64,000 nucleotides of DNA from an uncultured Gammaproteobacteria bacterium (GCA_964504365.1 CAZDDW010000002.1:53246-117245), one strand, 5' to 3'. Positions 20,699-30,186 are shown, counted from the stretch's first letter. The notes: generated by a model not told the origin, from the letters alone. Numbers and translations are program-made.

Positions 20699-21046
20699 TC
20701 ATTTGACAGACTTACGTCTGTCAGTCCCACAAAGAAACAACACCCCAATCACCAGTAACGGCAATGTCGTGACAAGTAAAGAGAACAGCATTTCTTCAAG
20801 ATTGAACAGGAAAATCGGGAGCATAGCCAGCAGCACAAACATCCACCCGCCGATACCCGGTCGTATCCAAGAAACCCATAATGCGCCCAGGATCAATAAC
20901 GTCGGGACGTTGTGCATGAATAACGCAACAATCATCTCGTACCAGTGATAATCTTCTGCAAAAACATCGAGGGACATTAGGGCAAAGAAGACGGCGAGCA
21001 AGATAACCAGAACTCGCGGAAGCCATTTGAGAACTTTGTTTAGCAT
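20699..21046 (-). CDS. Small 4-TM membrane protein
   Basis: Hydrophobic helices (WLPRVLVIL, SLDVF, FMHNVP); TG-TAGAAT immediately upstream suggests a leaderless start at 21046 (or 21052). Confidence 0.75.
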   Translation of the reverse strand: MLNKVLKWLPRVLVILLAVFFALMSLDVFAEDYHWYEMIVALFMHNVPTLLILGALWVSWIRPGIGGWMFVLLAMLPIFLFNLEEMLFSLLVTTLPLLVIGVLFLCGTDRRKSVK

Positions 21047-21068
21047 ACTCATACATTCTAGCACACCT

Positions 21069-21094
21069 GTCACGTCGCTCGCGAGCGACGTGAC
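21069..21094. repeat. Perfect 26-bp palindrome between divergent promoters
   Basis: gtcacgtcgctcg|cgagcgacgtgac, abutting TTGACA at 21095. Confidence 0.9.
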
Positions 21095-21159
21095 TTGACA
21101 CAATCAACTTTATCTGATAAGTTACTTCCTTCTCAACGAAGACAAAGGAGGGAAGTACT

Positions 21160-21489
21160 TTGGAACTCAGACATCGAGAATTGGTGAGAATAAACCTGGA
21201 AGGCGCCACGATCATCGAGCATCGTCCGGATTGCCCAGTGGCTGGCAAGATCGACACCGCAAGCTTGGCTGCTGTGATCGGGATGAGCTGGAGACACCTC
21301 GAAGACGGAACGTGGCGTGACACCGTGTTCACGACCGATTCCTGGCGATTCGAGCGACAGGGCGACGTGATCTTCTTCCACCGCACCGAACCCAACGATG
21401 TGTCACGTGGTTTCGATCAGCCCGACCTCACGACCGATCTGTACACCATCGTCCTGCCGAACACGCGGGAAGTCAGCCCTGGCTGGTAG
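21160..21489 (+). CDS. GC-rich orphan protein
   Basis: TTGACA-17-TAAGTT promoter, SD aaggaggg, TTG start. Confidence 0.65.
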   Translation: MELRHRELVRINLEGATIIEHRPDCPVAGKIDTASLAAVIGMSWRHLEDGTWRDTVFTTDSWRFERQGDVIFFHRTEPNDVSRGFDQPDLTTDLYTIVLPNTREVSPGW

Positions 21490-21513
21490 GACCGTTTACC
21501 TCAGACTCCACTT

Positions 21514-21548
21514 GACCCACCTCGGGTCTTTTTCTTTTGGGTTGACAA
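21514..21548 (+). repeat. Terminator-promoter junction repeat, copy 1
   Basis: gaccc-N5-gggtc-tttttctttt-gggTTGACAa. Confidence 0.9.
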
Positions 21549-21605
21549 TTTGTGTAGATTCAAATATATTAACGCTGGTTCCTGAACAAAATTACAGGAG
21601 AAATC

Positions 21606-21944
21606 ATGCTTCCAGGCAACCGGCCAACAGGAAGAAGAATGACAAAACAAGGTCCGCAAGAAGCCAGAAGACTCCCGGACCAAGTCAGCGGCCCTCTGCT
21701 GTACTCGTATCTCCAAGGCATAGCCCGCGCCATGACTGACGGGGCAGTATTGATCAACAGTACGACAACCACTTTCTCGCGTGCCAGCGTCATTTCTGTT
21801 CTCAAGGCACAGAACATCCATGAGAGTGACATCGCCGAGGCCATCACGTACTGCTTGGATAATGATCTACTCATCGAAGAACACGATGGCTTCCACATGA
21901 CCACCTTCGGGCTGACCAGTACTCGCCCCAAGCGCCGGTTATAG
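21606..21944 (+). CDS. Orphan winged-helix-like protein, paralog A
   Basis: SD caggag; FSRASVISVL...AITYCLDNDLLIEEHDGFHM. Confidence 0.75.
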   Translation: MLPGNRPTGRRMTKQGPQEARRLPDQVSGPLLYSYLQGIARAMTDGAVLINSTTTTFSRASVISVLKAQNIHESDIAEAITYCLDNDLLIEEHDGFHMTTFGLTSTRPKRRL

Positions 21945-21994
21945 CAAAACCAATGGACACACACTGGGCCTAGCCCCATCTAGACCTAAATCTC

Positions 21995-22032
21995 GACCCG
22001 TAAACTGGGTCTTTTTTCTTTTGGGTTGACAA
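21995..22032 (+). repeat. Terminator-promoter junction repeat, copy 2
   Basis: gaccc-N7-gggtc-ttttttctttt-gggTTGACAa. Confidence 0.9.
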
Positions 22033-22093
22033 AATACGTGGAAATTGGTTTACTTGTCCCAGAACGATCATTCATACACGAAAGGGGCAACAA

Positions 22094-22438
22094 ATGCTCT
22101 CAGACAACTATCCCAATGAATGCAGGGAACGGCAGCAACCGCGACGAGACCCTCGGCCCAGGGGTCCCATGGTCGACAGCTTCTCGCTGTACTCTCGGCT
22201 GTGGGACGTAGCCACGGCCATGTCCGCAGGCGGCAAGGGGTTCCCCAGGGGAACCGAGATCGCTTTCCCACGCGCCAGCATCGTGGCCGTGCTCCAGTCT
22301 ATGGGTATTCGTGAAGAGCGAGTCGAACGGGCCATCCAGTACTGTCTGCGCAACGGCCTGCTCGAGGAGCGTGATGATGGTTTCCACCTGGTCCAGAGCG
22401 AGCTGTCGTCCTTCCGCATGACGATGCGCCGCATCTAG
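22094..22438 (+). CDS. Orphan winged-helix-like protein, paralog B
   Basis: FPRASIVAVL...AIQYCLRNGLLEERDDGFHL aligns with paralog A. Confidence 0.75.
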   Translation: MLSDNYPNECRERQQPRRDPRPRGPMVDSFSLYSRLWDVATAMSAGGKGFPRGTEIAFPRASIVAVLQSMGIREERVERAIQYCLRNGLLEERDDGFHLVQSELSSFRMTMRRI

Positions 22439-22450
22439 ACCACACACCTC

Positions 22451-22486
22451 GACCCAACCCTGGGTCTTTTTCTTTTGGGTTGACAA
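22451..22486 (+). repeat. Terminator-promoter junction repeat, copy 3
   Basis: gaccc-N6-gggtc-tttttctttt-gggTTGACAa. Confidence 0.9.
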
Positions 22487-22526
22487 ACCGCGAGATGGAA
22501 GGTAAGTTCTAGACAAGGAGGCCCTC

Positions 22527-22736
22527 ATGAGAGAACCGCAACCTGCAAGCGTGCTCCGAGCCTGCTTAGCAGCAAATCAAGGCTGCAGAATCGAATACTT
22601 CGATGATGGAGGATCGATCGAACTTCAGCCTAGATTTGTCCTGGAGGACATGCATGTCCGCGGTCGTACGTGCAAGCGCGGAACGCGTGTATCTGTTCCT
22701 TTATTCGAACCGATCAAGGGCGTCACTCCTCTCTAG
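22527..22736 (+). CDS. 69-aa WYL-like/Sm-fold miniprotein
   Basis: SD aaggagg; pattern L..CL....CRIEY....ELQP....V.G.TC.R..R....I..V resembles a WYL domain. Confidence 0.6.
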   Translation: MREPQPASVLRACLAANQGCRIEYFDDGGSIELQPRFVLEDMHVRGRTCKRGTRVSVPLFEPIKGVTPL

Positions 22737-22800
22737 CACCACACCTGAGTCTTTAAAGGCTCTTTTTCTTTTGTGGTATAATGGGGCCGGAAAATAAGCT

Positions 22801-22863
22801 TGTCGCACGTGGCACGTCGCATGTCGTCTCCAGAACGACGCGCGACCTCCGACGCGCGACGCA
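22801..22863. repeat. Inverted GC-rich heptamer array in helicase leader
   Basis: tgtcgca cgtggca cgtcgca tgtcgtc ... cgacgcg cgacctc cgacgcg cgacgca. Confidence 0.8.
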
Positions 22864-22871
22864 CACCACAT

Positions 22872-25820
22872 ATGCCCGACAACCTACTTGAAAACCTAAA
22901 TGAAGAGCAACTCCAAGCTGCAATGCACAAGGAAGGACCTCTTATGATTATTGCTGGCGCAGGAACGGGGAAGACTACTGTGATTACACAGCGTGTGGCC
23001 TGGTTGATCGAGCAGAAGCTAGCAGAACCAGACGAGGTTTTAGCATTAACGTTCACGGAAAAGGCAGCCACTGAAATGGAAGAGCGTGTCGATCGTTTGC
23101 TACCCATGGGTTATGTTGATCTTTGGATCTCTACGTTCCATGCTTTTTGCGAACGAGTGCTTCGTGACTACGGAGTTGAGATCGGGCTGTCACGAAATTT
23201 TAAACTATTATCTGAAATTGATACCTGGCTGCTGATGCGCCAGAATTTTGATAGGTTCGAACTGGACTATTATCGGCCTTTGGGAAATCAGACAAAATAC
23301 TTGAAATCATTGCTTCAACATTTTTCTCGAGCCAAGGACGAAGTGATAACACCTGAAGAGTATCTGAGGTTTGCTGAGGAGCAGAAAGCGAGCCTGGATA
23401 CAAAGACATCAAACGACGAAGCAACGACTGAAGTAGCTCGGCTTGAAGAGCTGGCTAATGCGTATCACACGTACCAACAGATTTTGCTTGAGAATGACGC
23501 CATGGACTTTGGTGATCTGATAATGTACACATTGCACCTGCTTCAGAAGCGCCCGAAGATCCTAAAGGAACTTCGAGACAAATTTAAGTACGTGCTAGTA
23601 GATGAGTTTCAAGATACCAACTGGGCGCAATACGAATTAATCAAATTACTTGCTGCTCCGAAAAACAATGTTACGGTTGTTGGAGATGATGATCAGTCAA
23701 TTTATAAATTTCGTGGTGCTTCGCTGTCAAACATTCTGCAATTCGAAGTTGACTATCCAGACGCGACGCAGGTTGTGCTGACCAAGAACTACCGCACAGT
23801 GCAATCGATCTTGGACCATGCCTATAACTTTATTCAAAAAAACAATCCGAACCGACTCGAGACTCAACCGCGGGATAAACCGTTATCAAAGCAACTTGTG
23901 GCACATCGCGAAGAAGCTGGGCTAGTCGAGCACATGCACTTTAAAACTTTGGATCTGGAAGTTGAGGGTGTGGCTGATCGGATTCTTGAATTAAAAAAAC
24001 AATATCCAGATGCAGACTGGTCTGACTTTGGAATCCTGGTTCGAGCAAATGATAGCGCGAACAATTTCTTGTCTGCACTAGAACGCCGCGGTATTCCATA
24101 TCAGTTCCTGGCCCTGCGTGGTCTATACACGAAACCGATAGTTCTGGATCTTTTGTCATATATGCACGTAATCGACAATCCATACGATAGCCCTAGCTTT
24201 TATCGAATCCTAACGCATCCGATGCTGGATATCGCACACGAGGATCTAACGAAGATTAATTTCGAAGCATATAAAAAAGGCCGTTCAACTTTTGAGATCC
24301 TGCAGTCAGCAAAGTCAATCACAGGAATGAACGAGGAAACGTATCAGAAAATCGATGCTTTGTTATCACTACTTGCAGACCTAGCACAAGAAGCTAAGAC
24401 AAAGCCCGTGACCGAAATGGTCGTAACAATCATGCAAAAATCTGGGATATTAAAGTACGCGCAAACATTGCCAGAGCAAGATGAACACGATGCGTTTAGA
24501 TATTTACATCAGTTCTTTGAGCGAGTGAAACGATTCGAAGCACGGGCAGACCACAAGGCACTGAAAAACTTTTTGTTTGAGTTCAAGTTCGAACGCGATG
24601 CTGGAGAAGAGGGAAGTCTGCAGTTTGATATTGAGTCTGGACCGGACATGGTCAAGTTAATGACCGTGCATGGATCCAAAGGCCTGGAGTTTCGTTTCGT
24701 GTTCGTGGTCAACATGATTGATCAACGCTTCCCAACAATCCGTCGCAAGGATCCAATTCCATTACCTGACGATTTGGTTAAAGAAAAAGTTCCTGAAGGT
24801 GATGTCCACCTGGAAGAAGAGCGGCGTTTGTTTTATGTCGCGATCACGCGCGCCAAAGAAGGTTTGTTCTTAACTTCAGCCGAAGATTACGGCGGCGTGC
24901 GCAAACGCAAATTATCGCGCTTTATGCACGAGCTAGAAATTGTCGACGATAAAGCACTCACCCCAAACGAATCCGTCGGCCCATTCGAAGATAATCGGGA
25001 AAATGTACCGACCAGGACAAATGTCCGAAATGTTGTGTATACGATTCCGAAGCATTTTAGCTTTACGCAATTAGCTGCTTTTGCTACTTGTCCTTTGCAA
25101 TATAAGTTTGCTCATCTGCTCAAGATTCCTGTATTCGGTAAATACCAAATGTCGTATGGAAAAACCATGCACAATACATTGCAAGAGTTTTTCAGGGTTT
25201 GGATTGAACGACAGAATGCTCCGCAGCAGAATCTATTCGGAGACGCAGGTGATTCACCAATCGATCCTGTACCTGTATCATCAGATGAACTCACAAAAAT
25301 CTACGAAGAACAATGGATCGACGACTGGTATCCAAACAATAAGGTTCGCGAAGAATATAAACAAAAAGGACTAGATACGTTTAAGGACTACTGGAAGCAG
25401 CTCAAAACTGAACCGCCGAAACCTAATCAACTAGAAATAGGATTCACTCTCAAGATCGATGACCTGGTTCTTAAGGGTCGGATAGACCGCATCGATGATA
25501 TCGAGGGTGGGGTAGAGATTATCGACTACAAGACAGGAAAAGCAAAAGAGAAACTAAGCAAGGATGACAAAAGACAGCTCTTGATCTACCAGATCGCAGC
25601 TGTTGAATGTCTTGGTCTTGTTCCAAAAAAGTTGACTTATCACTACTTAGACAACAATACAACGGTCTCATTCTTGGGCACACCAAAAGAACTTGAAGGG
25701 TTGAAAACCGATCTGCTCGCAGCTTTAGAAAAAATCAAAGAAAGCAACTTCAACGCCACCCCAGGATTCAATTGCCGCTTCTGCGACTTCGCTGATATCT
25801 GTGAATTTAGGAAACTATAA
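22872..25820 (+). CDS. UvrD/PcrA-like SF1 helicase fused to a PD-(D/E)xK nuclease with a 4-Cys Fe-S staple
   Basis: AGAGTGKT, VDEFQDTN, GDDDQSIY, EEERRLFYVAITRA, GRIDRID...IIDYKTG, CPLQY and CRFCDFADIC. Confidence 0.92.
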   Translation: MPDNLLENLNEEQLQAAMHKEGPLMIIAGAGTGKTTVITQRVAWLIEQKLAEPDEVLALTFTEKAATEMEERVDRLLPMGYVDLWISTFHAFCERVLRDYGVEIGLSRNFKLLSEIDTWLLMRQNFDRFELDYYRPLGNQTKYLKSLLQHFSRAKDEVITPEEYLRFAEEQKASLDTKTSNDEATTEVARLEELANAYHTYQQILLENDAMDFGDLIMYTLHLLQKRPKILKELRDKFKYVLVDEFQDTNWAQYELIKLLAAPKNNVTVVGDDDQSIYKFRGASLSNILQFEVDYPDATQVVLTKNYRTVQSILDHAYNFIQKNNPNRLETQPRDKPLSKQLVAHREEAGLVEHMHFKTLDLEVEGVADRILELKKQYPDADWSDFGILVRANDSANNFLSALERRGIPYQFLALRGLYTKPIVLDLLSYMHVIDNPYDSPSFYRILTHPMLDIAHEDLTKINFEAYKKGRSTFEILQSAKSITGMNEETYQKIDALLSLLADLAQEAKTKPVTEMVVTIMQKSGILKYAQTLPEQDEHDAFRYLHQFFERVKRFEARADHKALKNFLFEFKFERDAGEEGSLQFDIESGPDMVKLMTVHGSKGLEFRFVFVVNMIDQRFPTIRRKDPIPLPDDLVKEKVPEGDVHLEEERRLFYVAITRAKEGLFLTSAEDYGGVRKRKLSRFMHELEIVDDKALTPNESVGPFEDNRENVPTRTNVRNVVYTIPKHFSFTQLAAFATCPLQYKFAHLLKIPVFGKYQMSYGKTMHNTLQEFFRVWIERQNAPQQNLFGDAGDSPIDPVPVSSDELTKIYEEQWIDDWYPNNKVREEYKQKGLDTFKDYWKQLKTEPPKPNQLEIGFTLKIDDLVLKGRIDRIDDIEGGVEIIDYKTGKAKEKLSKDDKRQLLIYQIAAVECLGLVPKKLTYHYLDNNTTVSFLGTPKELEGLKTDLLAALEKIKESNFNATPGFNCRFCDFADICEFRKL

Positions 25821-25827
25821 GCAGACC

Positions 25828-25861
25828 AAAAAACCCGCCTGAGAAATCAAGCGGGTTTTTT
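25828..25861. terminator. Bidirectional terminator
   Basis: aaaaaacccgc...gcgggtttttt. Confidence 0.8.
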
Positions 25862-25868
25862 GATTATC

Positions 25869-27014
25869 TTATCGTGTCAACCAAAGTTTCTTGTAGCAGA
25901 CCTGAAGCAGGGAACCAAAGGCGATCAGGAAGAAGATGCAGTACAGTGCCCAACCAATGATCGGCACCAGGCAAACTATCTGAAGCACCAACACACCAAG
26001 CAATGCCCATTTCCAATCAATTCCAACCTTGCTCTTGGCCCACTTGGCAAACAAACCACCAAGAAGCATGCCTCCGTAAACTTTTGACAAAAGAATAAAG
26101 AAAGCATAGGCAAGCATTCCCAGGATACCAAAACCGATTCCAACAACAGTAAACATCAAGATCACAACAGCCACAGGAATCACGATTGCACAAACAAAAC
26201 CAGTTAAGAAACCGCGCCCTGGCTTAGTCAAACCTAATCGAACCACTTCTTTTGAATATTTCTTAAAGACCAATACTAGAACAACTGCACTGACCAAAAG
26301 CACTAGTAGTTTAACCAAATTCATTACTCCAACAAAAGCAGCCAAGGCAACACCAAACCCATCAGCATGATACTGAGCACGAGAAACTCTTTCATAAACA
26401 AACTCACCGTTCACAAAAGCACCCTCATCAATCACAGCCTCAGTCGAACCTTTATACAAAACATCACCGTCGATAACTGCACCACTGCCAATAGTCAACT
26501 TGGTCCCAGCTTCGATCATAACATCGCCCTGCAAAGTACCATTGATAACCACCTCATCGCCGTAGATCATTGTTTCACCCTCAACCAAACCGTCAAAGAC
26601 GATATAACCACCAGCGAGAACCATGTCTCCGGCAACAGTTGTGCCAGACAGGATCTGCAGCATCCCACCAGCTGCCATCAGTTCGTCGCCAACGACACTA
26701 TCGACCATTACCGTACCGCCGGCCACTCGCAGGTCATCAGCCACATCGTTGAGCACACTAACCGAGCCACCAGCTGTTAGTAAGTCATGGCCAACTGAGC
26801 CATTAATTAAAACATTGCTTCCAAAAGCAACTAAGTCTGCCAAAGCATCACCAGACACGGTAACGTTGGCTGCACCAACATATAGGTCATCATCGACCTC
26901 TGTGCCACTACCAAGCGAGTACATTTCACCACCGTCAAAAGTGGCAGCCATGGTTGTTGGAGCAAAGCTAAAAGCTAGCAAAAACAACATCAGGCCAAAA
27001 ACCGCTTTTTTCAT
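25869..27014 (-). CDS. Bactofilin-like beta-helix repeat membrane protein
   Basis: Signal peptide, V.GDL..AGG.V.I repeats, C-terminal TM bundle. Confidence 0.8.
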   Translation of the reverse strand: MKKAVFGLMLFLLAFSFAPTTMAATFDGGEMYSLGSGTEVDDDLYVGAANVTVSGDALADLVAFGSNVLINGSVGHDLLTAGGSVSVLNDVADDLRVAGGTVMVDSVVGDELMAAGGMLQILSGTTVAGDMVLAGGYIVFDGLVEGETMIYGDEVVINGTLQGDVMIEAGTKLTIGSGAVIDGDVLYKGSTEAVIDEGAFVNGEFVYERVSRAQYHADGFGVALAAFVGVMNLVKLLVLLVSAVVLVLVFKKYSKEVVRLGLTKPGRGFLTGFVCAIVIPVAVVILMFTVVGIGFGILGMLAYAFFILLSKVYGGMLLGGLFAKWAKSKVGIDWKWALLGVLVLQIVCLVPIIGWALYCIFFLIAFGSLLQVCYKKLWLTR

Positions 27015-27113
27015 ATTTTGAGTTTATTTAATAACAGATTCATTATAGCACTTTTCCGCAGGGTTGACACATTAGTCAGCCCCTACGCTCATCTGTGGTA
27101 TAATCTTGTCGAT

Positions 27114-27425
27114 ATGTTAAAACCAATGAGCGATATTATTCCCAACGCTGTAGGGCGGTCTGGGATCGGGCAATCCATGTATGCCGCAAATGTGGTTACT
27201 GTTGTAGTTGGTTTTTTTCAGCAGCTCCTGGGCGATGCCAGTAAGCAGTTTAAAGTAATCAGCTACAAGGACGGAGTACTGACCGTTGATTGCCTGAACA
27301 GCGTTATCGCTAACGAAATCGCACAGTCAGAAGACAAGTGCCGGGCGTTTCTTCGTAAAAAAGTACCGCGCGCAAAATTGAAAACAATTCGAACACGACT
27401 TACCGACGAGCTCGAGTCGTGGTAA
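27114..27425 (+). CDS. DciA/DUF721-family protein
   Basis: SYKDGVLTVDCLNSVIANEI; ATG just after TG-TATAAT. Confidence 0.7.
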   Translation: MLKPMSDIIPNAVGRSGIGQSMYAANVVTVVVGFFQQLLGDASKQFKVISYKDGVLTVDCLNSVIANEIAQSEDKCRAFLRKKVPRAKLKTIRTRLTDELESW

Positions 27426-27434
27426 AATACTTAC

Positions 27435-27833
27435 ATGACATTTCAGCAATACATAACTGTAATGCTAATTGGAACAGGCGGAGCATGGCTAGCCTGGTTG
27501 ATTACGCTTTTTATGACTGATCCAACAGAAACCTCAATCATCGGTTTCTTATTTTTCTATCTGACCCTGTTCATCGCACTAGTCGGCACGATCGCCATTA
27601 TCGGTTCAGCAATCCGTGTCCTGATCAAGAAGCCGGCTGTGATCGCTCGCCAAGTCTACATTGCTTTCCGCCATTCGATCCTGTTCAGCATCTTACTCAT
27701 CGGCTCTTTGATCCTGGTCTCGTTCGATATTCTGCGCTGGTGGTCGATCTTGTTGTTTATTGTTGTCCTGGCCTTTATCGAGCTATTTTTCCTAACCTCA
27801 AAACCCAGACCAACTCGTCCACCAGTTGAATAA
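27435..27833 (+). CDS. Hypothetical membrane protein
   Basis: Four hydrophobic segments; upstream of mreB. Confidence 0.75.
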   Translation: MTFQQYITVMLIGTGGAWLAWLITLFMTDPTETSIIGFLFFYLTLFIALVGTIAIIGSAIRVLIKKPAVIARQVYIAFRHSILFSILLIGSLILVSFDILRWWSILLFIVVLAFIELFFLTSKPRPTRPPVE

Positions 27834-27908
27834 TATTTGTGTCCAATATAGGCTTGCACAGCAGGCCAGGATCGTATAAAATAGAGGCCCTGAAAGCCTT
27901 GCTTTTTT

Positions 27909-28961
27909 ATGCTCAACAAGTTACTTGGAAAATTCTCAAAGGATCTCGGAATTGACTTGGGTACAGCCAATACCCTTGTTTTTGTTGAAGAAAAGGGAAT
28001 CATCATTAACGAGCCTTCGGTTGTTGCTATTAACACTAGAACTGACCAGATTGTGGCTGTGGGTAAGGATGCCAAGGACATGCTTGGTAAAACTCCGCCG
28101 CACATAATTACTTCAAAACCGCTGCACCAAGGTGTAATTTCAGATTTTGAGGTCACTGAGAAAATGCTTAAGTACTTTATCGATAAGGTTCATCAAGAAT
28201 CATTTACGATCGTGCCGCGACCGCGTGTGGTTATGGGTGTGCCGTTGGAAATCACGGAAGTAGAACGCAAGGCTGCCGAGGATGCGGCCATCTCTGCAGG
28301 GGCCCGTAAAGTTTACTTGGTTGAAGAACCAATGCTGGCCGCAATTGGTGCACGGCTGCCAATCACTGATTCAGTTGGTTCAATGATTGTTGACATCGGT
28401 GGTGGTACAACAGAAATCGCTGTTATATCGCTAGCTGGAGTTGTTACCTGGAAGTCACTACCGATCGCTGGTGAAGAAATGAACAAAAATATCGTCCAGT
28501 ACGCACGAGAAAAATTTAATCTTTTACTAGGAGAACGTGTTGCTGAACAAGTGAAAACACGAATTGGATCTGCGCTGGAACTTGATGAGGAACTAGAAAT
28601 GCAAATGCGTGGACGAGACTTAATCACAGGGCTACCAAAAGAAATCATGGTCAACGACAGTCAAATGCGCGAAGCACTAACCCGGTCGATCAGAGTAATA
28701 ATCGAAAACGTTAAATCAACACTTGAAGTAACACCTCCGGAGTTAGTAGCAGATATATATGAACGTGGAATCGTAATGACTGGTGGAGGCTCGCTGCTAA
28801 AGGGAATTGATGTGGCAATTTCTCAAGCTGCAGAAATACCAGTTCGTATTGCTGAAGATCCACTAACATGTGTTGTCCGCGGTGCAGGTGCACTTCTAGA
28901 CAATCAAACTCTACTATCGGACATTGCTTTACCTTCAGCAACTGATGACAATACTTTATGA
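27909..28961 (+). CDS. mreB: Rod shape-determining protein MreB
   Basis: GIDLGTANT, EPSVVA, DIGGGTTE, TPPEL, LTCVVRG. Confidence 0.97.
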   Translation: MLNKLLGKFSKDLGIDLGTANTLVFVEEKGIIINEPSVVAINTRTDQIVAVGKDAKDMLGKTPPHIITSKPLHQGVISDFEVTEKMLKYFIDKVHQESFTIVPRPRVVMGVPLEITEVERKAAEDAAISAGARKVYLVEEPMLAAIGARLPITDSVGSMIVDIGGGTTEIAVISLAGVVTWKSLPIAGEEMNKNIVQYAREKFNLLLGERVAEQVKTRIGSALELDEELEMQMRGRDLITGLPKEIMVNDSQMREALTRSIRVIIENVKSTLEVTPPELVADIYERGIVMTGGGSLLKGIDVAISQAAEIPVRIAEDPLTCVVRGAGALLDNQTLLSDIALPSATDDNTL

Positions 28962-29743
28962 AACTGAAACGTGCGCTAACGACCCTAATCGTTGCCATCG
29001 CTATTCTCATTTTCATTATTATCCTAGGAGGATTTACCAGCCGGGCGCTTGCCATAATTCAGCGGCCGTTTTTGCAACTCGGCACTTGGGTCAGCACGAC
29101 TACGGATTCGTTTCGCTCACAATCTAGCTTGATCGCTGAAAACCAAGACCTACAAGACAAACTTGAGGCTTTGGCTGTTTTTGCATCTGAGTTGGAAACA
29201 TTGCGCGATGAAAACAGTAACTTACGTCTGCAACTTGGGTATATCAAAGAAACCGAATTAGTTAGTGTAACTGCGGCTGTAACCACACGAGCCATCACCC
29301 CGGCTAGCGCACTGATCACAATAGATCGTGGATCTGATGATGGAGTTGCTGTTGGGAATGCTGTGATTGTAGAAGAAGGAATTGTTATTGGTAAAATTAC
29401 AGAGCTCAGACAAAAGTCAGCCACGGTACGTTTGCTTTCAGATCGTAATAGCACTGTTGCAACAGCAATTCAAAATTCAGATCGTACACTTGGTGTAGTC
29501 GAGGGTTCAGGTGGTAGCTTGCTTAACTTTGGCTATATTCCACAGAATGTCGAAGTATCAGTCAATGATTTAGTAATCACTTCTGGACTTGAAGAGACGG
29601 TTCCGAACGGCCTGGTCATTGGTATGATCAACAATATAACCAGCAATGAAACCGACCCCTTTCAAAACGCGGTCATCGAACCGTTGGTTGACTATCGCTA
29701 CTATACATTTGTAAGCGTGATCACTGGCACAACAGAATTATGA
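28958..29743 (+). CDS. mreC: Rod shape-determining protein MreC
   Basis: TM + coiled coil (ENSNLR), ITIDRGSDDGV, ITSGL. Confidence 0.92.
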   Translation: MKLKRALTTLIVAIAILIFIIILGGFTSRALAIIQRPFLQLGTWVSTTTDSFRSQSSLIAENQDLQDKLEALAVFASELETLRDENSNLRLQLGYIKETELVSVTAAVTTRAITPASALITIDRGSDDGVAVGNAVIVEEGIVIGKITELRQKSATVRLLSDRNSTVATAIQNSDRTLGVVEGSGGSLLNFGYIPQNVEVSVNDLVITSGLEETVPNGLVIGMINNITSNETDPFQNAVIEPLVDYRYYTFVSVITGTTEL

Positions 29744-30186
29744 TCAAATCAATCGTAATTATTGCCACCCTGATAATCGCGATTATTATCGAGACAAGCT
29801 TTGTTTCCTCACTAACTGGCCCGCTTTGCTGCATCCCATTGATTCTAGCTTTGGCTGTTTATCTGATCCAGTATCGCGGATCTAAGCTGGGAATCTGGTG
29901 GCTGGCTGGTTACGGCCTATATCTTGACTACATGCAAATCGGTATCTGGCCAGTTGAAACACTAATCTGGCTAACAATCGGTATTCTGTCCTGGCTGCTC
30001 TCACAACGCCTGTTTACTAACCGCTCGCTTTACGGCATTCTTGGCTGTGGCCTTTTTGCATTCTTCTTGTCAAATATCCTGCACCTAACCTTCTTCTGGC
30101 CACAAACCGCTTGGGAACTGTTATTCTTGATCCTCTTGCTGTCCGTGCTCTCATACCTTAGCGATAAAATCAAAAAGATAATCTAA
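29740..30186 (+). CDS. mreD: MreD-like membrane protein
   Basis: Hydrophobic, GLYLD motif, between mreC and mrdA. Confidence 0.65.
   Translation: MIKSIVIIATLIIAIIIETSFVSSLTGPLCCIPLILALAVYLIQYRGSKLGIWWLAGYGLYLDYMQIGIWPVETLIWLTIGILSWLLSQRLFTNRSLYGILGCGLFAFFLSNILHLTFFWPQTAWELLFLILLLSVLSYLSDKIKKII

Noticed and set aside
21514-22486. CRISPR array or classical integron attC sites
   Set aside because: Repeats are separated by whole genes of ~450 bp, lack attC R/L boxes, and no integrase is present
18497-22736. Prophage or IS origin of the orphan cluster
   Set aside because: No integrase, transposase, structural gene, terminal repeats or att duplication recognised
27885-27899. CUGAAA-loop hairpin upstream of mreB (similar at 41441-41464)
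   Set aside because: Overlaps the predicted transcription start, so the stem is probably not fully transcribed
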